Origin: a virus
DNA: 64,000 nucleotides
IMG/VR virus record: IMGVR_UViG_3300028034_000051
Coordinates: 8,414-72,413 of that record
Strand: one strand, 5' to 3'
Numbering within the stretch: position 1 is the first letter of the stretch; every line of letters begins with the position of its first letter. Positions 17,726 to 27,884 of the stretch are shown here, one piece after another. Both the position numbers and the translations under genes were made by a program. Under the pieces are notes generated by a model. It ran no database searches. It was not told where the DNA came from and was given only the letters and a program-made list of their open reading frames with translations.

Positions 17726-18190
17726 TCATGCATTTTCATTCGACCACTCCTTTCTGCGCCTGGCTAACTTCTCCTCATGCTCCTGGAGGAAGCGGTCAAC
17801 TAACTCGCGCCTGTGATTCTTGTTACCTCGGTCATTAGCACAAATCAAACCATAAAACATATCTAACACTTCACCAATGAAGTAATTACAAACTATTATA
17901 TTTATATGGACATCATCAAACCTTTTTACTCTACTATGGAAGAACCTATAACTTAAGTTCAGTTTTCCTACACTAAATGAGGTATTATTGACATAAGAAA
18001 CATCAACTGGTATTGACCTGACCATATCCTTATATCCAACTACTGTCTGAGCTAAATCTAGCAATTCATGACACCTATCCTGCCAATTATCTGCTTCCAA
18101 TACTTCTTGCTGTTCCTCTTCTATTTTGTCTATTTGAGTTTCTCTAGTTCTCCAAGGTTCATAAGTTGGTACTAGTTTGATTTCTATCAT
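17726..18190 (-). CDS. MazG-like (alpha-helical NTP pyrophosphatase) protein
   Basis: KIEEEQQEV...ELLDLAQ acidic motif; homologous to 62772-63263. Confidence 0.5.
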   Translation of the reverse strand: MIEIKLVPTYEPWRTRETQIDKIEEEQQEVLEADNWQDRCHELLDLAQTVVGYKDMVRSIPVDVSYVNNTSFSVGKLNLSYRFFHSRVKRFDDVHINIIVCNYFIGEVLDMFYGLICANDRGNKNHRRELVDRFLQEHEEKLARRRKEWSNENA

Positions 18191-18963
18191 TCTGCATCAC
18201 CTACCTCAGGAAACTCTTGAATCTTCTCCTGCCAATCTAGATTATCTTTAACAAATACTGGACCGTTATAATTTCTAAACACTTGATCAACCCACCATCT
18301 TTCAGGTTTTCTTGCTCCTGGTCCAGTTTGAGCCCCAATAATAACCCAGTTAAACGGAGCTAAAGTTATATGATCTTCTACATTCCCTAACAATGGTTCA
18401 ATTGAAAGAAATTTTACATTAGCTTTAACATAATACATAATGTCGGTTCTTTCCATATCTGCTTTAAAATCGGTACCATCTACACTAGTTCCTAACCAGC
18501 AGTTACTAGGTATATCAAAATCACAATATCGTCTAGGATTCTTAGTTAACAGCTGGAACGTGTGCTGATCTGCTTGTCTAATTACATCCAAGACTTTCTC
18601 TATCCATTCATCTGGCACCCATTCACCGAACATATCTGCCATTGATCCAACGAATATTTTTACTGGCTTACTTCTTTCTAACGGTTCATTAAGTCTATAT
18701 CTGTGAAGTGTTGGCTCGAATCCGAAAGGATGAGCAGTTTTTCTCAAATCTCCATCATGTATATGACTATCTATATCCCATATTCGGCCATATTCAGTTG
18801 GAACAGAACACCTTTTACGATTGAATTCTTTACATTTTTTGCGATCATATTCTGACAAAAACCTATGAGCTATCTTTCGTGCATAACAATATTCGCAATC
18901 ATGATAACAACCTGTGATCGGATTCCAAGTGAAGTCAGTCCACTCTATTCCTGTTCTGTTCAC
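18187..18963 (-). CDS. Gp37/Gp68 (DUF5131) family protein
   Basis: IEWTDFTWNPITGC..C..CYA, FVGSMADMFG, FLSIEPLLG. Confidence 0.9.
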   Translation of the reverse strand: MNRTGIEWTDFTWNPITGCYHDCEYCYARKIAHRFLSEYDRKKCKEFNRKRCSVPTEYGRIWDIDSHIHDGDLRKTAHPFGFEPTLHRYRLNEPLERSKPVKIFVGSMADMFGEWVPDEWIEKVLDVIRQADQHTFQLLTKNPRRYCDFDIPSNCWLGTSVDGTDFKADMERTDIMYYVKANVKFLSIEPLLGNVEDHITLAPFNWVIIGAQTGPGARKPERWWVDQVFRNYNGPVFVKDNLDWQEKIQEFPEVGDAE

Positions 18964-19190
18964 TCTGCATCACCATCTTCAATATTATAACTATGAACTA
19001 CTCTATCCCTGTGATCAACCATAAAAACACACTCTCTCCAGCAGTCATTGCAACTCTTGAAGCTTTTCTCCGAGTAATCAAACTCTCTTACATCAATCTC
19101 TTTCTCACATACAACCACATTATCTTCGTTTTCGTGAGTCCATAGCACTGTTTTCTTCCTCCTTTTCTCCAAATGTTCCTTGCTTATCAA
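18960..19190 (-). CDS. Hypothetical protein
   Basis: Coupled ORF ending GDAE; real start may be GTG near 19149. Confidence 0.45.
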   Translation of the reverse strand: MISKEHLEKRRKKTVLWTHENEDNVVVCEKEIDVREFDYSEKSFKSCNDCWRECVFMVDHRDRVVHSYNIEDGDAE

Positions 19191-19470
19191 TCTCTTGCTC
19201 GGTTTGACTTACTATTCGCTCTATCTCACTTCTGGATAAGCCAAAGCTATTATTAAGCTTGTCTACTAATCGTTCTCGATCATACACTCTACTCACCTCG
19301 CTATGTAATTTTGTTCTTTCTTATTCGCTCAAGTACATCAGTCTCTCCGGTCGTATCTAATTCGTGATTGGCAATTGAATATGTAACTGGTTCCTTCATG
19401 AGTCTTAATGCAAATAGTGCAGCTGCAATAGTGATTATTGCCGCAATGATGATTAATACAATGAGCATGA

Positions 19471-19674
19471 TTATCCCTCCTTACAATTGTCACAGAGCAA
19501 GCCGCCTTCGACTACTATTCTTCGGTCCTGGTCCAGACACCATGGAACTGATATTGACATTTGCTTATATCCGAAATGTTCACATCCATCACTTCCCCGA
19601 CACTTCGGACATATATCATAACCTGGAGCAGTTTGACAACCACATTCTCGACAAGTCTGATTAGGAGTAGTCAT
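19471..19674 (-). CDS. Cys-rich small protein
   Basis: Several CxxC pairs; coupled to upstream gene. Confidence 0.5.
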   Translation of the reverse strand: MTTPNQTCRECGCQTAPGYDICPKCRGSDGCEHFGYKQMSISVPWCLDQDRRIVVEGGLLCDNCKEG

Positions 19675-20489
19675 TAGAACCTGTTCAGAATACTGACTAA
19701 TTCTTCCTTAATCTCTTCAACTTCATGGCTCTTATTTGTTATATGACTTACTCCCTGGATTCTAGTTATCAGCTGACTAATTTGCTCTACATCATCAGTC
19801 TCCAGATCATCATCGAAAGCTACGAATACACCTTTTAGCTCGCTATTTTCTTCCTCAGTCTCTGAATCATTATCATCTTCAAATACTTCTGCTACTGCAT
19901 CATGTATAGCTTTGTTGTCTTCTTGTGATAATTCTTTCTCTTGCTGGTCAACGTCTTCTGTTTCTTCTTCCTCAATACTAAAATTAGCATCTTCTAATTT
20001 CTCAATAACCTTGTCAACATCATATTTCTTTTTGATTTTAGATTCAGCATTCTTCTTTAAAGTGCAGCTATAAGAATCAGATATATCTAATTCAGCAGCT
20101 ACTTCTTTGTAATGTTTCTCTTCGATGTTAGATTTAACAAAAGCCTTAAATTCCTTCTCATTCAAAATACTCTTAAGTTCTACAACCAACTCTTCCGTAG
20201 TCATCTTTTCCACTTTTCTCATCCTCCATTCTTTTAATAATTCTAAGTTTATTGAACCACCTTTTCTTAAATGTCCGAATTTAGTATCGTCAAAAATTCC
20301 TGCCGGCGTATATGCTTTATCTTTAATCTTCTTTCTAATTTCTTTATATTCTGCAAATAACTTTTGCTTCTGTTCCTGGTCCAAGTCTCCTTTTTTGATA
20401 TAATCATATAGTTGTTTTTTCTTTTCTACTAGCTTCAGTAGTGCAATATCATCATCTGTCAATTTGTTACCAACTAGTCTAACAGCCAC
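19674..20489 (-). CDS. Protein with central sigma-4-like HTH and acidic C-terminus
   Basis: Y.EVAAELDIS......KNA..KI pattern. Confidence 0.55.
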   Translation of the reverse strand: MAVRLVGNKLTDDDIALLKLVEKKKQLYDYIKKGDLDQEQKQKLFAEYKEIRKKIKDKAYTPAGIFDDTKFGHLRKGGSINLELLKEWRMRKVEKMTTEELVVELKSILNEKEFKAFVKSNIEEKHYKEVAAELDISDSYSCTLKKNAESKIKKKYDVDKVIEKLEDANFSIEEEETEDVDQQEKELSQEDNKAIHDAVAEVFEDDNDSETEEENSELKGVFVAFDDDLETDDVEQISQLITRIQGVSHITNKSHEVEEIKEELVSILNRF

Positions 20490-20503
20490 TACCTCACCTC
20501 CTC

Positions 20504-21364
20504 CTAACCTGTCAGTAATTCTTCAAGTAACTGATCATTTTCTTTTTCAGCTAAGTTCTCTCTAGCACTCTCCTCAGGTGCTTGAATTGGAATAGCCATT
20601 TTCTTAATTCTGTCTCTTATCCGAAAGTCGTAAGGTAACTTTTCAATTTTGCAGTTACTGCTGAAAATAGTTACTACGTCATGATTAAGTCTGTGGTTGA
20701 GTATATCAAATAAGTGATCATTAGTGTCTACCTTGATAGATTGCTGCCCCATATCGTCTAGTATGAGTACTTCTACTTTTCTAGCTGCATCTATCAATTC
20801 ATGAGTCTTAATCTCTGAATTTCGACTGTAAGTGGCTCTTATAGCATTGAGCAAGTCTCCAGCTGTAGCAAACTTAACTTTAGCACCATATCCGTATATC
20901 AATTCATTTCCAATAGCTGATATTAACATTGTCTTGCCTGATCCAGCAGTCTCTGAATAGAAATATAACCCTTTTTTCTTACCTTTCATCTCTACAAACC
21001 TAGAAACATATTGCTTAGCTGCTTTCTTGCATACAGCTGCAAACTTACGTGATTCTATTTTTTGATAATGCTCAGCACTAACTTCAAAATCTTCTATCCT
21101 GGTCTCTTGGAACTTATCCAAAATAGTGGCAAACTCTAGCTTTTTGCTAACTATCCTTGCTTCTCGACATTCACATTCTACTGCTACTGTTCGACCATCT
21201 TCTTCTGCAATCTTGAAACCAGTACCATCACATTCTCCATAAGGGCAACTATGCTTCTTCGAATCCCATGAGTTCAAATGCTTTCTTTTGGAGTCTTGCT
21301 CCTTCATCTTTTGATTCTTCTCCATTATTCTCGCTATCGTCTCTTGAATTTCGTTCATTATCAC
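20504..21364 (-). CDS. dnaC: DnaC/IstB-like helicase loader ATPase
   Basis: AGSGKT Walker A, LILDDMG Walker B, N-terminal Cys motif, follows Rep. Confidence 0.88.
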   Translation of the reverse strand: MIMNEIQETIARIMEKNQKMKEQDSKRKHLNSWDSKKHSCPYGECDGTGFKIAEEDGRTVAVECECREARIVSKKLEFATILDKFQETRIEDFEVSAEHYQKIESRKFAAVCKKAAKQYVSRFVEMKGKKKGLYFYSETAGSGKTMLISAIGNELIYGYGAKVKFATAGDLLNAIRATYSRNSEIKTHELIDAARKVEVLILDDMGQQSIKVDTNDHLFDILNHRLNHDVVTIFSSNCKIEKLPYDFRIRDRIKKMAIPIQAPEESARENLAEKENDQLLEELLTG

Positions 21365-22388
21365 TTCCCCCTTTCAAGACTTCTTTTGCTTCTTCAATAA
21401 AACACTGAACATACTTCCAACTGCCAATGTCTACTCCATTCTTTGGATCACCTCTAGTGTACTTGCCTTGCGATTTCTGACGCATCACTGCTAAATCAAT
21501 AGCTTTCCTAAGTACTTCTGGACTATGTTTTTGCAGATCTTCACTGATCAAATATTCACGGCTAAGAAAATTAACAACTATCTTCTGTTTAGCATAATCA
21601 AGAATTTTTTTGTATGCAGGATGAAAATCGTCATCTTCTTCTGTATCTCTATTATGTAATCTATTACCTTTAACGTTACGTAACGTATTTATTTCTTTAT
21701 TATTAGTTTCTTTAGTACTAGTTTCTTTAGAGCCTCTATGATCAGCGCCATCACTGGGTTCAGAGGATTGTGATGTTAGTGTTTTACTAACCTTTTCATC
21801 ATTACTTGTTAGTGTTTTACTAACCTCATTGTCGTCTTGGGTTAGTATTTTACTAACTTGCTTATCTTCGTTACTTAGTGTTTCACTAACATTATCACCT
21901 GTGTTATTTAGTGTTTTACTAACTTTCTGATGTTCTTCACTTAGTGTTTTACTAACTTTTTTACTACTTAAACTTAGTATTTTACTAATATTTTCGTCTG
22001 TATTTCCATCTAAATTTGCTTCAAAATCTTCAAATTGACGTTTTAAAATCTTCTTAAAATTGACTTTTCCATTGACTGCTGTCTTTGATAATGAGATCCT
22101 CCAACGGTCATAATCTTTGTTGAAAGCTATCAAATCATTTGCTTCATCCCAAAATATTACTCTAGTTTCTTTAAGGTAGTTTAGTTCCTCTGCTATATCA
22201 GTTGGATAGATTCCTACTGCTTGAAAGTCACATTTTTTTAATTTGGCAACCTTCTGGTCGAAACCATAACTACATCTCCATATTAAGAAAAGTATATTAT
22301 ATTGTCTTTTACTAAAGTCTGATTTCATTATTGCTTCTAAAAGTTCATTAGATAACCTTGTAAAGCTATCCGGTTGAGGATTAGCCAC
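21249..22388 (-). CDS. Phage replication initiator (gpO-like)
   Basis: MANPQ...FTRLSNELLEA N-terminus; internal iteron repeats. Confidence 0.88.
   Translation of the reverse strand: MANPQPDSFTRLSNELLEAIMKSDFSKRQYNILFLIWRCSYGFDQKVAKLKKCDFQAVGIYPTDIAEELNYLKETRVIFWDEANDLIAFNKDYDRWRISLSKTAVNGKVNFKKILKRQFEDFEANLDGNTDENISKILSLSSKKVSKTLSEEHQKVSKTLNNTGDNVSETLSNEDKQVSKILTQDDNEVSKTLTSNDEKVSKTLTSQSSEPSDGADHRGSKETSTKETNNKEINTLRNVKGNRLHNRDTEEDDDFHPAYKKILDYAKQKIVVNFLSREYLISEDLQKHSPEVLRKAIDLAVMRQKSQGKYTRGDPKNGVDIGSWKYVQCFIEEAKEVLKGGSDNERNSRDDSENNGEESKDEGARLQKKAFELMGFEEA
21776..21988. repeat. Replication origin iterons: 7 x TTAGT-N5-ACTAA with exact 33-bp period
   Basis: Copies start at 21776, 21809, 21842, 21875, 21908, 21941, 21974. 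Confidence 0.9.
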
Positions 22389-22415
22389 TCATTTCACCTC
22401 GCTTATCTGCGAATA

Positions 22416-23117
22416 TTATGCTACAAATACCATCTTGCCTGTTAACTCCTGAATCTCTCGTTTGAACCGTTCTTCATCACTATTCCGATCACTAAGATGC
22501 AATAAATGAATCTCTTTCACTCGACTTAAATCGTTAACTCTCAAGAAATCTTTCACGTTCTCTAAGCTAAAATGACTCCTAAGTAATCTCTTCTTTTGCA
22601 CCGCTGGAACTCGTCCAGATCTAATATTCTCATCGAGTATGTCTAAAGCATAGTTACACTCGATCATGATATGTGTGAGTCCTGGGAACTTGTATCTTAG
22701 ATAGTATGTATCTGTCGCATATAATAGTTTGTCCCCTGCTTCATTTGCTAGCAAAAAACCCAGAGGTTCCTCTGCATCGTGTTGGATTTCAAATGGTACT
22801 ATCGTCCAGGTTCCTAGCTTGAATTTTCCCTTAGGCTCTATTAACTTAATCCTATGACCATGCTTTTCTGTTGCCCATATTGTTCCCTCCGACACATAAC
22901 AATCAATTCCTGTTCTAACTATGTCATCAATACTCTTACAATGGTCCCCATGCTCATGAGTAATAAGACATCCAGCCAGTTCATGAGTCTTGAAGTTAAT
23001 CCCTCGCTTAATCTCCTTCATTGATATTCCGCACTCCAGGAGTAAGGGAGTACTACCATCAGTTACATGGTAGCAATTCCCCTTGCTTCCAGAGGCTAAT
23101 GTCTTAATCTCTATCAT
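22416..23117 (-). CDS. MBL-fold metallo-hydrolase (exonuclease-like)
   Basis: SGSKGN, THEHGDH, HDAEEP, ECNY, LLHLS. Confidence 0.9.
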   Translation of the reverse strand: MIEIKTLASGSKGNCYHVTDGSTPLLLECGISMKEIKRGINFKTHELAGCLITHEHGDHCKSIDDIVRTGIDCYVSEGTIWATEKHGHRIKLIEPKGKFKLGTWTIVPFEIQHDAEEPLGFLLANEAGDKLLYATDTYYLRYKFPGLTHIMIECNYALDILDENIRSGRVPAVQKKRLLRSHFSLENVKDFLRVNDLSRVKEIHLLHLSDRNSDEERFKREIQELTGKMVFVA

Positions 23118-23118
23118 C

Positions 23119-24021
23119 TTAGAATCCTGGCCCTTCTGTACCGGTCTTTTTCATATTCATAGTCTCTTCCGTATCTGTGAAAGCAGGTTGTTCTGTCTCT
23201 TGTTCCTCTTCCTGATCTGCATCGTTAGATTCTTCGGTGTCTATATCGATTACTTCACTATTAGCATTTTCATCGACTTCCTTTTGCACTTCCTGTTCTG
23301 CCTTGGCTTCACCTACGCGATTGAAGCTTTCAATCATAAGATTACTATCGTTAGAAGAGTTAATATAAGCTTTACAAGTTCGATTAATGACTGTTTTCTT
23401 GGCCATCTCTTCTGTAAACTTATTATGAGGACTACCTCCACCTTCTTTGTAAGTCTGACCTTGCTTCCAAGACTGCTTAATTTGGTCCATAGTCATTATA
23501 TCTACATAATCAGGTCTTTCATCTGGGAAAGTAATTACTGCATAAGCTCCAAGCGGTTCCCCATCAACTTTATTAGCAAAACTCTGCTTATGCTTAGTGA
23601 TCACCTTCCTCCCTCTTTCAATCTCATACTCGAAATCATCACCCTTATATATAATCTGAGCATATACATCTTCAGCACCGGCAAACTGCTTAGTAACTGC
23701 TATAGTACCAAAATATGATCTCATACAGACTAATTTATTTCCGTATGCTACAAAATAACACTGATTCTTAGCTGGATTCAATCCTTGTACAGCCATATCT
23801 AATAATGAGTTGGCTATACTGTCTCTGCTACAAGATTGAAGCACTGGTTTACCACTTTTATTTTTAGTACTCTGCAACTCTAACCAAGCACTCTTCATGG
23901 CGTTCTCTACACTATAATTAGGTGGAAGGTCAATCTCACCGCCCTCTTGGAACTCTCTAATCCTTTCTGTGACTACATCAACTGTGTCTTTCTTAATCAT
24001 TGCTAATTCGTTATTACTCAT
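23119..24021 (-). CDS. recT: RecT-family single-strand annealing protein
   Basis: QGLNPAKNQCYFVAYG, EEMAKKTVINR. Confidence 0.9.
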   Translation of the reverse strand: MSNNELAMIKKDTVDVVTERIREFQEGGEIDLPPNYSVENAMKSAWLELQSTKNKSGKPVLQSCSRDSIANSLLDMAVQGLNPAKNQCYFVAYGNKLVCMRSYFGTIAVTKQFAGAEDVYAQIIYKGDDFEYEIERGRKVITKHKQSFANKVDGEPLGAYAVITFPDERPDYVDIMTMDQIKQSWKQGQTYKEGGGSPHNKFTEEMAKKTVINRTCKAYINSSNDSNLMIESFNRVGEAKAEQEVQKEVDENANSEVIDIDTEESNDADQEEEQETEQPAFTDTEETMNMKKTGTEGPGF

Positions 24022-24221
24022 TATCTAATTCCTCCTCAATTTTAATTTTAGATATTTGATATCTAGCTCTTAATTTATGACCTTTGCTAATAGCAGTGTA
24101 AATGCTTCCAATTCCCTGTATATTTCGCAATATCTTTCGCTTGTTCAAAAATACCTACACACTGATTTTTGTTCTTGATGTCATATAGGCCATATACTTC
24201 TTCCATAAAAATCACCTCATA

Positions 24222-26210
24222 TTATATAGCCTCCTTCAGCTCTTCACGCTCAACTCTTAGTTCCTTATCTTGCTTGCTAACTATTAAGCTAATAAGCTGA
24301 CTATTAACATCTATCAACTCGGTAACACTCTCACGATTGTCGATGAAGATTGGAGCTTGGAATTGGTGATGCTTCGACAAAGTATTAATAATATCTAATC
24401 CAACATTGATGCAGGCCCCATTGTTCAAGCCTGTGCCATAAGGAACTCCTTGGTATAATGTCTGGCATACTTCTTTCAATCCTCCATTAATCTGCTCTTC
24501 AAATAATTTGAAATGAGCGTGATCAAACTCATCATTAATCTTCTCTTCCAACATGTTAACTTTGCACCTGGTGAACTCTTCGCAAAGATACATCTGCTCT
24601 TCCATCTTGCTATATTCAGCTGCAAGTTCTTTCTCCTTAGCTTTGAGTTCTTCGATTCGCTCTTGGGCCTTCTCATACTGCTCAATGTCATTCAGCTTGC
24701 TCTGTAGCTCATCTATCTGCTCCTCTATACCATCTACTTCTTTCTCGATAGCTCTAATCTTCTGGAACCTATCTCGCTTCAATCCTTCGATGTCCTGCTT
24801 AATTTGCTCTTTCTCTTCGAGCTTCTCTTGGTATGTATCTGACTCTTGGTAAGCCTTGGCTTTTTCTTTCAAGCTCTCGATTTCTTTCTTGATCTGCTCT
24901 GCTTTCTCGTTGCAATCTGTTTTCTGGTCCTCTAATGACTCAATCCCTTCTCTTAATCTTTTATTCTCTGACATGAGCTTTTCACTCTTCTGCTTGATCT
25001 GCTTGCCTTCAGCATTAATGCTTTCTAGAGTGTCTGACTTCTCTTGATTGAAATCTGCTCTTGCCTTATCTCTAGCTTCCTGTAATTGCTCCTGAGGGAT
25101 ATCCTGCCCGCAAGTAGGACAAACCTCTTTCTGGTCAAAATCAAACTCTCTGTCATCGACCTCATACCATTTCTCTCGAAGTTTTTCAGCTTTCTCTTCT
25201 AACTCTTCAATCTTAGAATCATTATCTGCTTCATCTTCAGCTTTAGAACTTATTTCACGCTCCAAAGCCCTGAATTCATCTCGTGCCTTCTCCAATTCAT
25301 CCTTCTTAGCTTCTATCTTATCCTCAAATTCAGCTCGATGATTATTCTTGATATTCAACAATTCAGTCTCTATTTCAGCAAGTCTCTTTTGCTTCTCAGC
25401 GACTTCACCACCACTTTCAATCCTGTTAATCTGCTGCTCTTTCTGCTTCTTCTCCTGCTCCAGGTCCGCAATTTTCAGTGTTATCTCTTTCTTATCGAGA
25501 TCTGAAATATCCGGCAATCCCTGGGTCACTTCATCTATTCGGACCGGTAGCTTGTCTAATTGTCTGTTAATCTCTTTTTTCTTAGCTGCTACTACTTTCT
25601 TGTGATCCTCTAGGCTTCGCTCTTCTAGAATATCCTGTAATTTCTCAAGCTGACTATTAGAATCTATCACCTCCTGATCATCAACGTCTCCACAGACTTC
25701 AAGCAATATTTCACGTCTATCTTGCCAATGCAGCTGTTCATTGAAGTAGCTCGGATTAGTTAATAGTTTGAAAATATCTTCATCGATAATCTCGCTAATC
25801 CGCTGATCATACTCTGATTTCTTAACCGGTACCCCATTAAGAGCATAATCTGTAGTGTGTCCTGTGAACTTCTTTTCAGCTGATCCACGCTTCTTGGTCC
25901 ACTTTTCGTAGTAAGTCTTCTTAAGTGTTAGTTTGCTTCCATTGATTTCAAGAATTGCTTCTACTTCATGATCCAGGCCATGAATTACTTCTCCAGACTC
26001 ATTCAGAGTCTTGATATCAAATTTCTGAGTACTATTGTCTTTCGAGTCTTTGTCGAATAGTAACCAGGTGAACGAATCGAATAAAGTTGTTTTGCCTGCG
26101 CCATTATCTCCATACACCTTTACATTTGCCCCTCGAGTATCAAGACAAAATTCCTTGATACCTTTGAAGTTCTTAAGCTTAAGCTGAAGGAGCTTGATTT
26201 CTTTAGTCAT
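24222..26210 (-). CDS. SMC/SbcC-like AAA ATPase
   Basis: NFKGI, GDNGAGKTT, coiled coil with CPTC hook, PIFIDNRES. Confidence 0.88.
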   Translation of the reverse strand: MTKEIKLLQLKLKNFKGIKEFCLDTRGANVKVYGDNGAGKTTLFDSFTWLLFDKDSKDNSTQKFDIKTLNESGEVIHGLDHEVEAILEINGSKLTLKKTYYEKWTKKRGSAEKKFTGHTTDYALNGVPVKKSEYDQRISEIIDEDIFKLLTNPSYFNEQLHWQDRREILLEVCGDVDDQEVIDSNSQLEKLQDILEERSLEDHKKVVAAKKKEINRQLDKLPVRIDEVTQGLPDISDLDKKEITLKIADLEQEKKQKEQQINRIESGGEVAEKQKRLAEIETELLNIKNNHRAEFEDKIEAKKDELEKARDEFRALEREISSKAEDEADNDSKIEELEEKAEKLREKWYEVDDREFDFDQKEVCPTCGQDIPQEQLQEARDKARADFNQEKSDTLESINAEGKQIKQKSEKLMSENKRLREGIESLEDQKTDCNEKAEQIKKEIESLKEKAKAYQESDTYQEKLEEKEQIKQDIEGLKRDRFQKIRAIEKEVDGIEEQIDELQSKLNDIEQYEKAQERIEELKAKEKELAAEYSKMEEQMYLCEEFTRCKVNMLEEKINDEFDHAHFKLFEEQINGGLKEVCQTLYQGVPYGTGLNNGACINVGLDIINTLSKHHQFQAPIFIDNRESVTELIDVNSQLISLIVSKQDKELRVEREELKEAI

Positions 26211-26360
26211 CTATACCACCTCTCCTTGAAATTCAAGCCAACATTTATAACTACAGCAACATTCCCATTGATTATTAATATACTCTGGTACTCCTTCACC
26301 AGCATCAAAAGCAAATCCGCAATTAACACAAGTTTTTGTTGTTTCTTCTGTATCAACCAT
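26211..26360 (-). CDS. Small Cys-rich protein (49 aa, not in ORF track)
   Basis: MVDTEETTKTCVNCG...CCSYKC; abuts neighbours. Confidence 0.5.
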   Translation of the reverse strand: MVDTEETTKTCVNCGFAFDAGEGVPEYINNQWECCCSYKCWLEFQGEVV

Positions 26361-26786
26361 TTATACCGCCACCTTCTTATCTGTAATTTCTTCTTTAGGA
26401 CGCTGCTCGATTATTTCCCAAGTGTATGTTTGTCCTAAAAAGCTGATAACAAAAATATACTTAGTTCCTATTTCAGAATCTATCTTGATCACACTCTCGA
26501 TCTTCTCTCTACCTATTGGATAACCACACATTAGAATAAGCTTCTCCATAAACAACTCTTCATTTTCAACAGCTTGTCTCTTAGGACCAAACAATTGATT
26601 AATGATGTATCCTTTCTTTTTGATCTCTTGCAACATTTCTTCAATATCAAATGATAATATATTACCTTCGATTACTTTGTTGAAACTCTTAACTCCAGCT
26701 TTAACTTGCATGTAATTAACGAATCTAACTGATGTTACTCTATCCATAATCTCTTGAGCACTTTCTAATCTTCTCGGTGTTTCCAT
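26361..26786 (-). CDS. Hypothetical protein
   Basis: SD AGGAGG, in operon. Confidence 0.6.
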   Translation of the reverse strand: METPRRLESAQEIMDRVTSVRFVNYMQVKAGVKSFNKVIEGNILSFDIEEMLQEIKKKGYIINQLFGPKRQAVENEELFMEKLILMCGYPIGREKIESVIKIDSEIGTKYIFVISFLGQTYTWEIIEQRPKEEITDKKVAV

Positions 26787-26828
26787 TGATAATCGACCTC
26801 CTATATGGTATAATTAAATATAAGTTAA

Positions 26829-27374
26829 TTAAATATTCTTTCTTGCAAGAGCTCCATTGCCGTGGAGCTTTTTTTCATTTCTAAGCCTAATCCTATCCAG
26901 TAATACTTCAAACGTCTCAGCAAATCTAATCATTGTAAACTGTACTCCTGGAGAAACATCATAGATCTGCTCTAATTCATCCATCATTCTTTCAAACTCT
27001 TGCTCTGTCAAATCATCTCTGCTTGTCTTATTTGTTATACCCATTGTTAACAGTTTGTCTATTGCTTCTATACCTTCAACCATCTCTTCTCTTAACTTAG
27101 CCAATACTGCAATAGGGTTATCATTAGCTCCATCCATATAAGGCGCTGTAAATATATTAGAATCACATTCTTGACACCTTTCTATTGGTAGTCTCCAGCT
27201 CTGTAACTTCTTAACTGCTTTCTTGATCACTACATCTGGTATATCAATTTCTCTTCGTTCCATGCCTGAAACAGCACTCTTTGAGTACCCTAATATTCTG
27301 CCTAACTCTGTCTGAGAAAGCCCTCTCTGCTTTCTAGTTTCCTTTAATACTGTTGCTACACACATCATTGTCAC
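26829..27374 (-). CDS. Xre-family HTH regulator
   Basis: LKETRKQRGLSQTELG..LGYSKSAVS..ER. Confidence 0.8.
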   Translation of the reverse strand: MTMMCVATVLKETRKQRGLSQTELGRILGYSKSAVSGMERREIDIPDVVIKKAVKKLQSWRLPIERCQECDSNIFTAPYMDGANDNPIAVLAKLREEMVEGIEAIDKLLTMGITNKTSRDDLTEQEFERMMDELEQIYDVSPGVQFTMIRFAETFEVLLDRIRLRNEKKLHGNGALARKNI

Positions 27375-27386
27375 CTCACTTTCAAT

Positions 27387-27405
27387 TTGACATTAGCCTT
27401 GTCAA
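27387..27405. promoter_or_regulatory. Palindromic operator TTGAC-N9-GTCAA, copy 1
   Basis: TTGACATTAGCCTTGTCAA; second copy at 28775-28793. Confidence 0.6.
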
Positions 27406-27593
27406 TAACTTATAGATGTTACACCTCAATCTTGCTATAATTAACATAGAAGATAAAAATTACATATTTGGATCACGTAAGAAATCTTGAAACTTTGGAT
27501 AATGCACTACTAAATGCCACATCATCATATTCCAACTCACCTACTTCACCTCCCTTCAAAGCCTGTACACTTTCTTTCCGAGGTTAGTTCCCA

Positions 27594-27881
27594 CTAGCCC
27601 ACAACTTTCATTCTTTCCTCAAAATCCTGTGTATCACTCGCTTCCTTGCTAATCCACTCAATCAGCTCTCGCTTTGGCAACAGCTTTCGATCTCCAATCA
27701 TTAGATGCGGTATTCTATCCTGCTTGATTAGTTCATATATTGTAGCTTTGCTTACTCCTAACATTTCTTTTGCTTCTTTCACACTTATCAGCTTCTGCTC
27801 AGTCTTTGGATCAGTTGAAGCATTCTTGACTTCTTCTCTGAGTAATCTTAGTTCTTGTAATATTTCCTCCATAACTCCCAT
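27594..27881 (-). CDS. xis: Excisionase-like HTH protein
   Basis: LISVKEAKEMLGVSKATIYELI....IPH..IG. Confidence 0.75.
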   Translation of the reverse strand: MGVMEEILQELRLLREEVKNASTDPKTEQKLISVKEAKEMLGVSKATIYELIKQDRIPHLMIGDRKLLPKRELIEWISKEASDTQDFEERMKVVG

Positions 27882-27884
27882 TGC

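Noticed and set aside
21776-21988. CRISPR-like repeat-spacer periodicity
   Set aside because: Repeats only 15 bp, in-frame within rep, no cas genes; these are iterons
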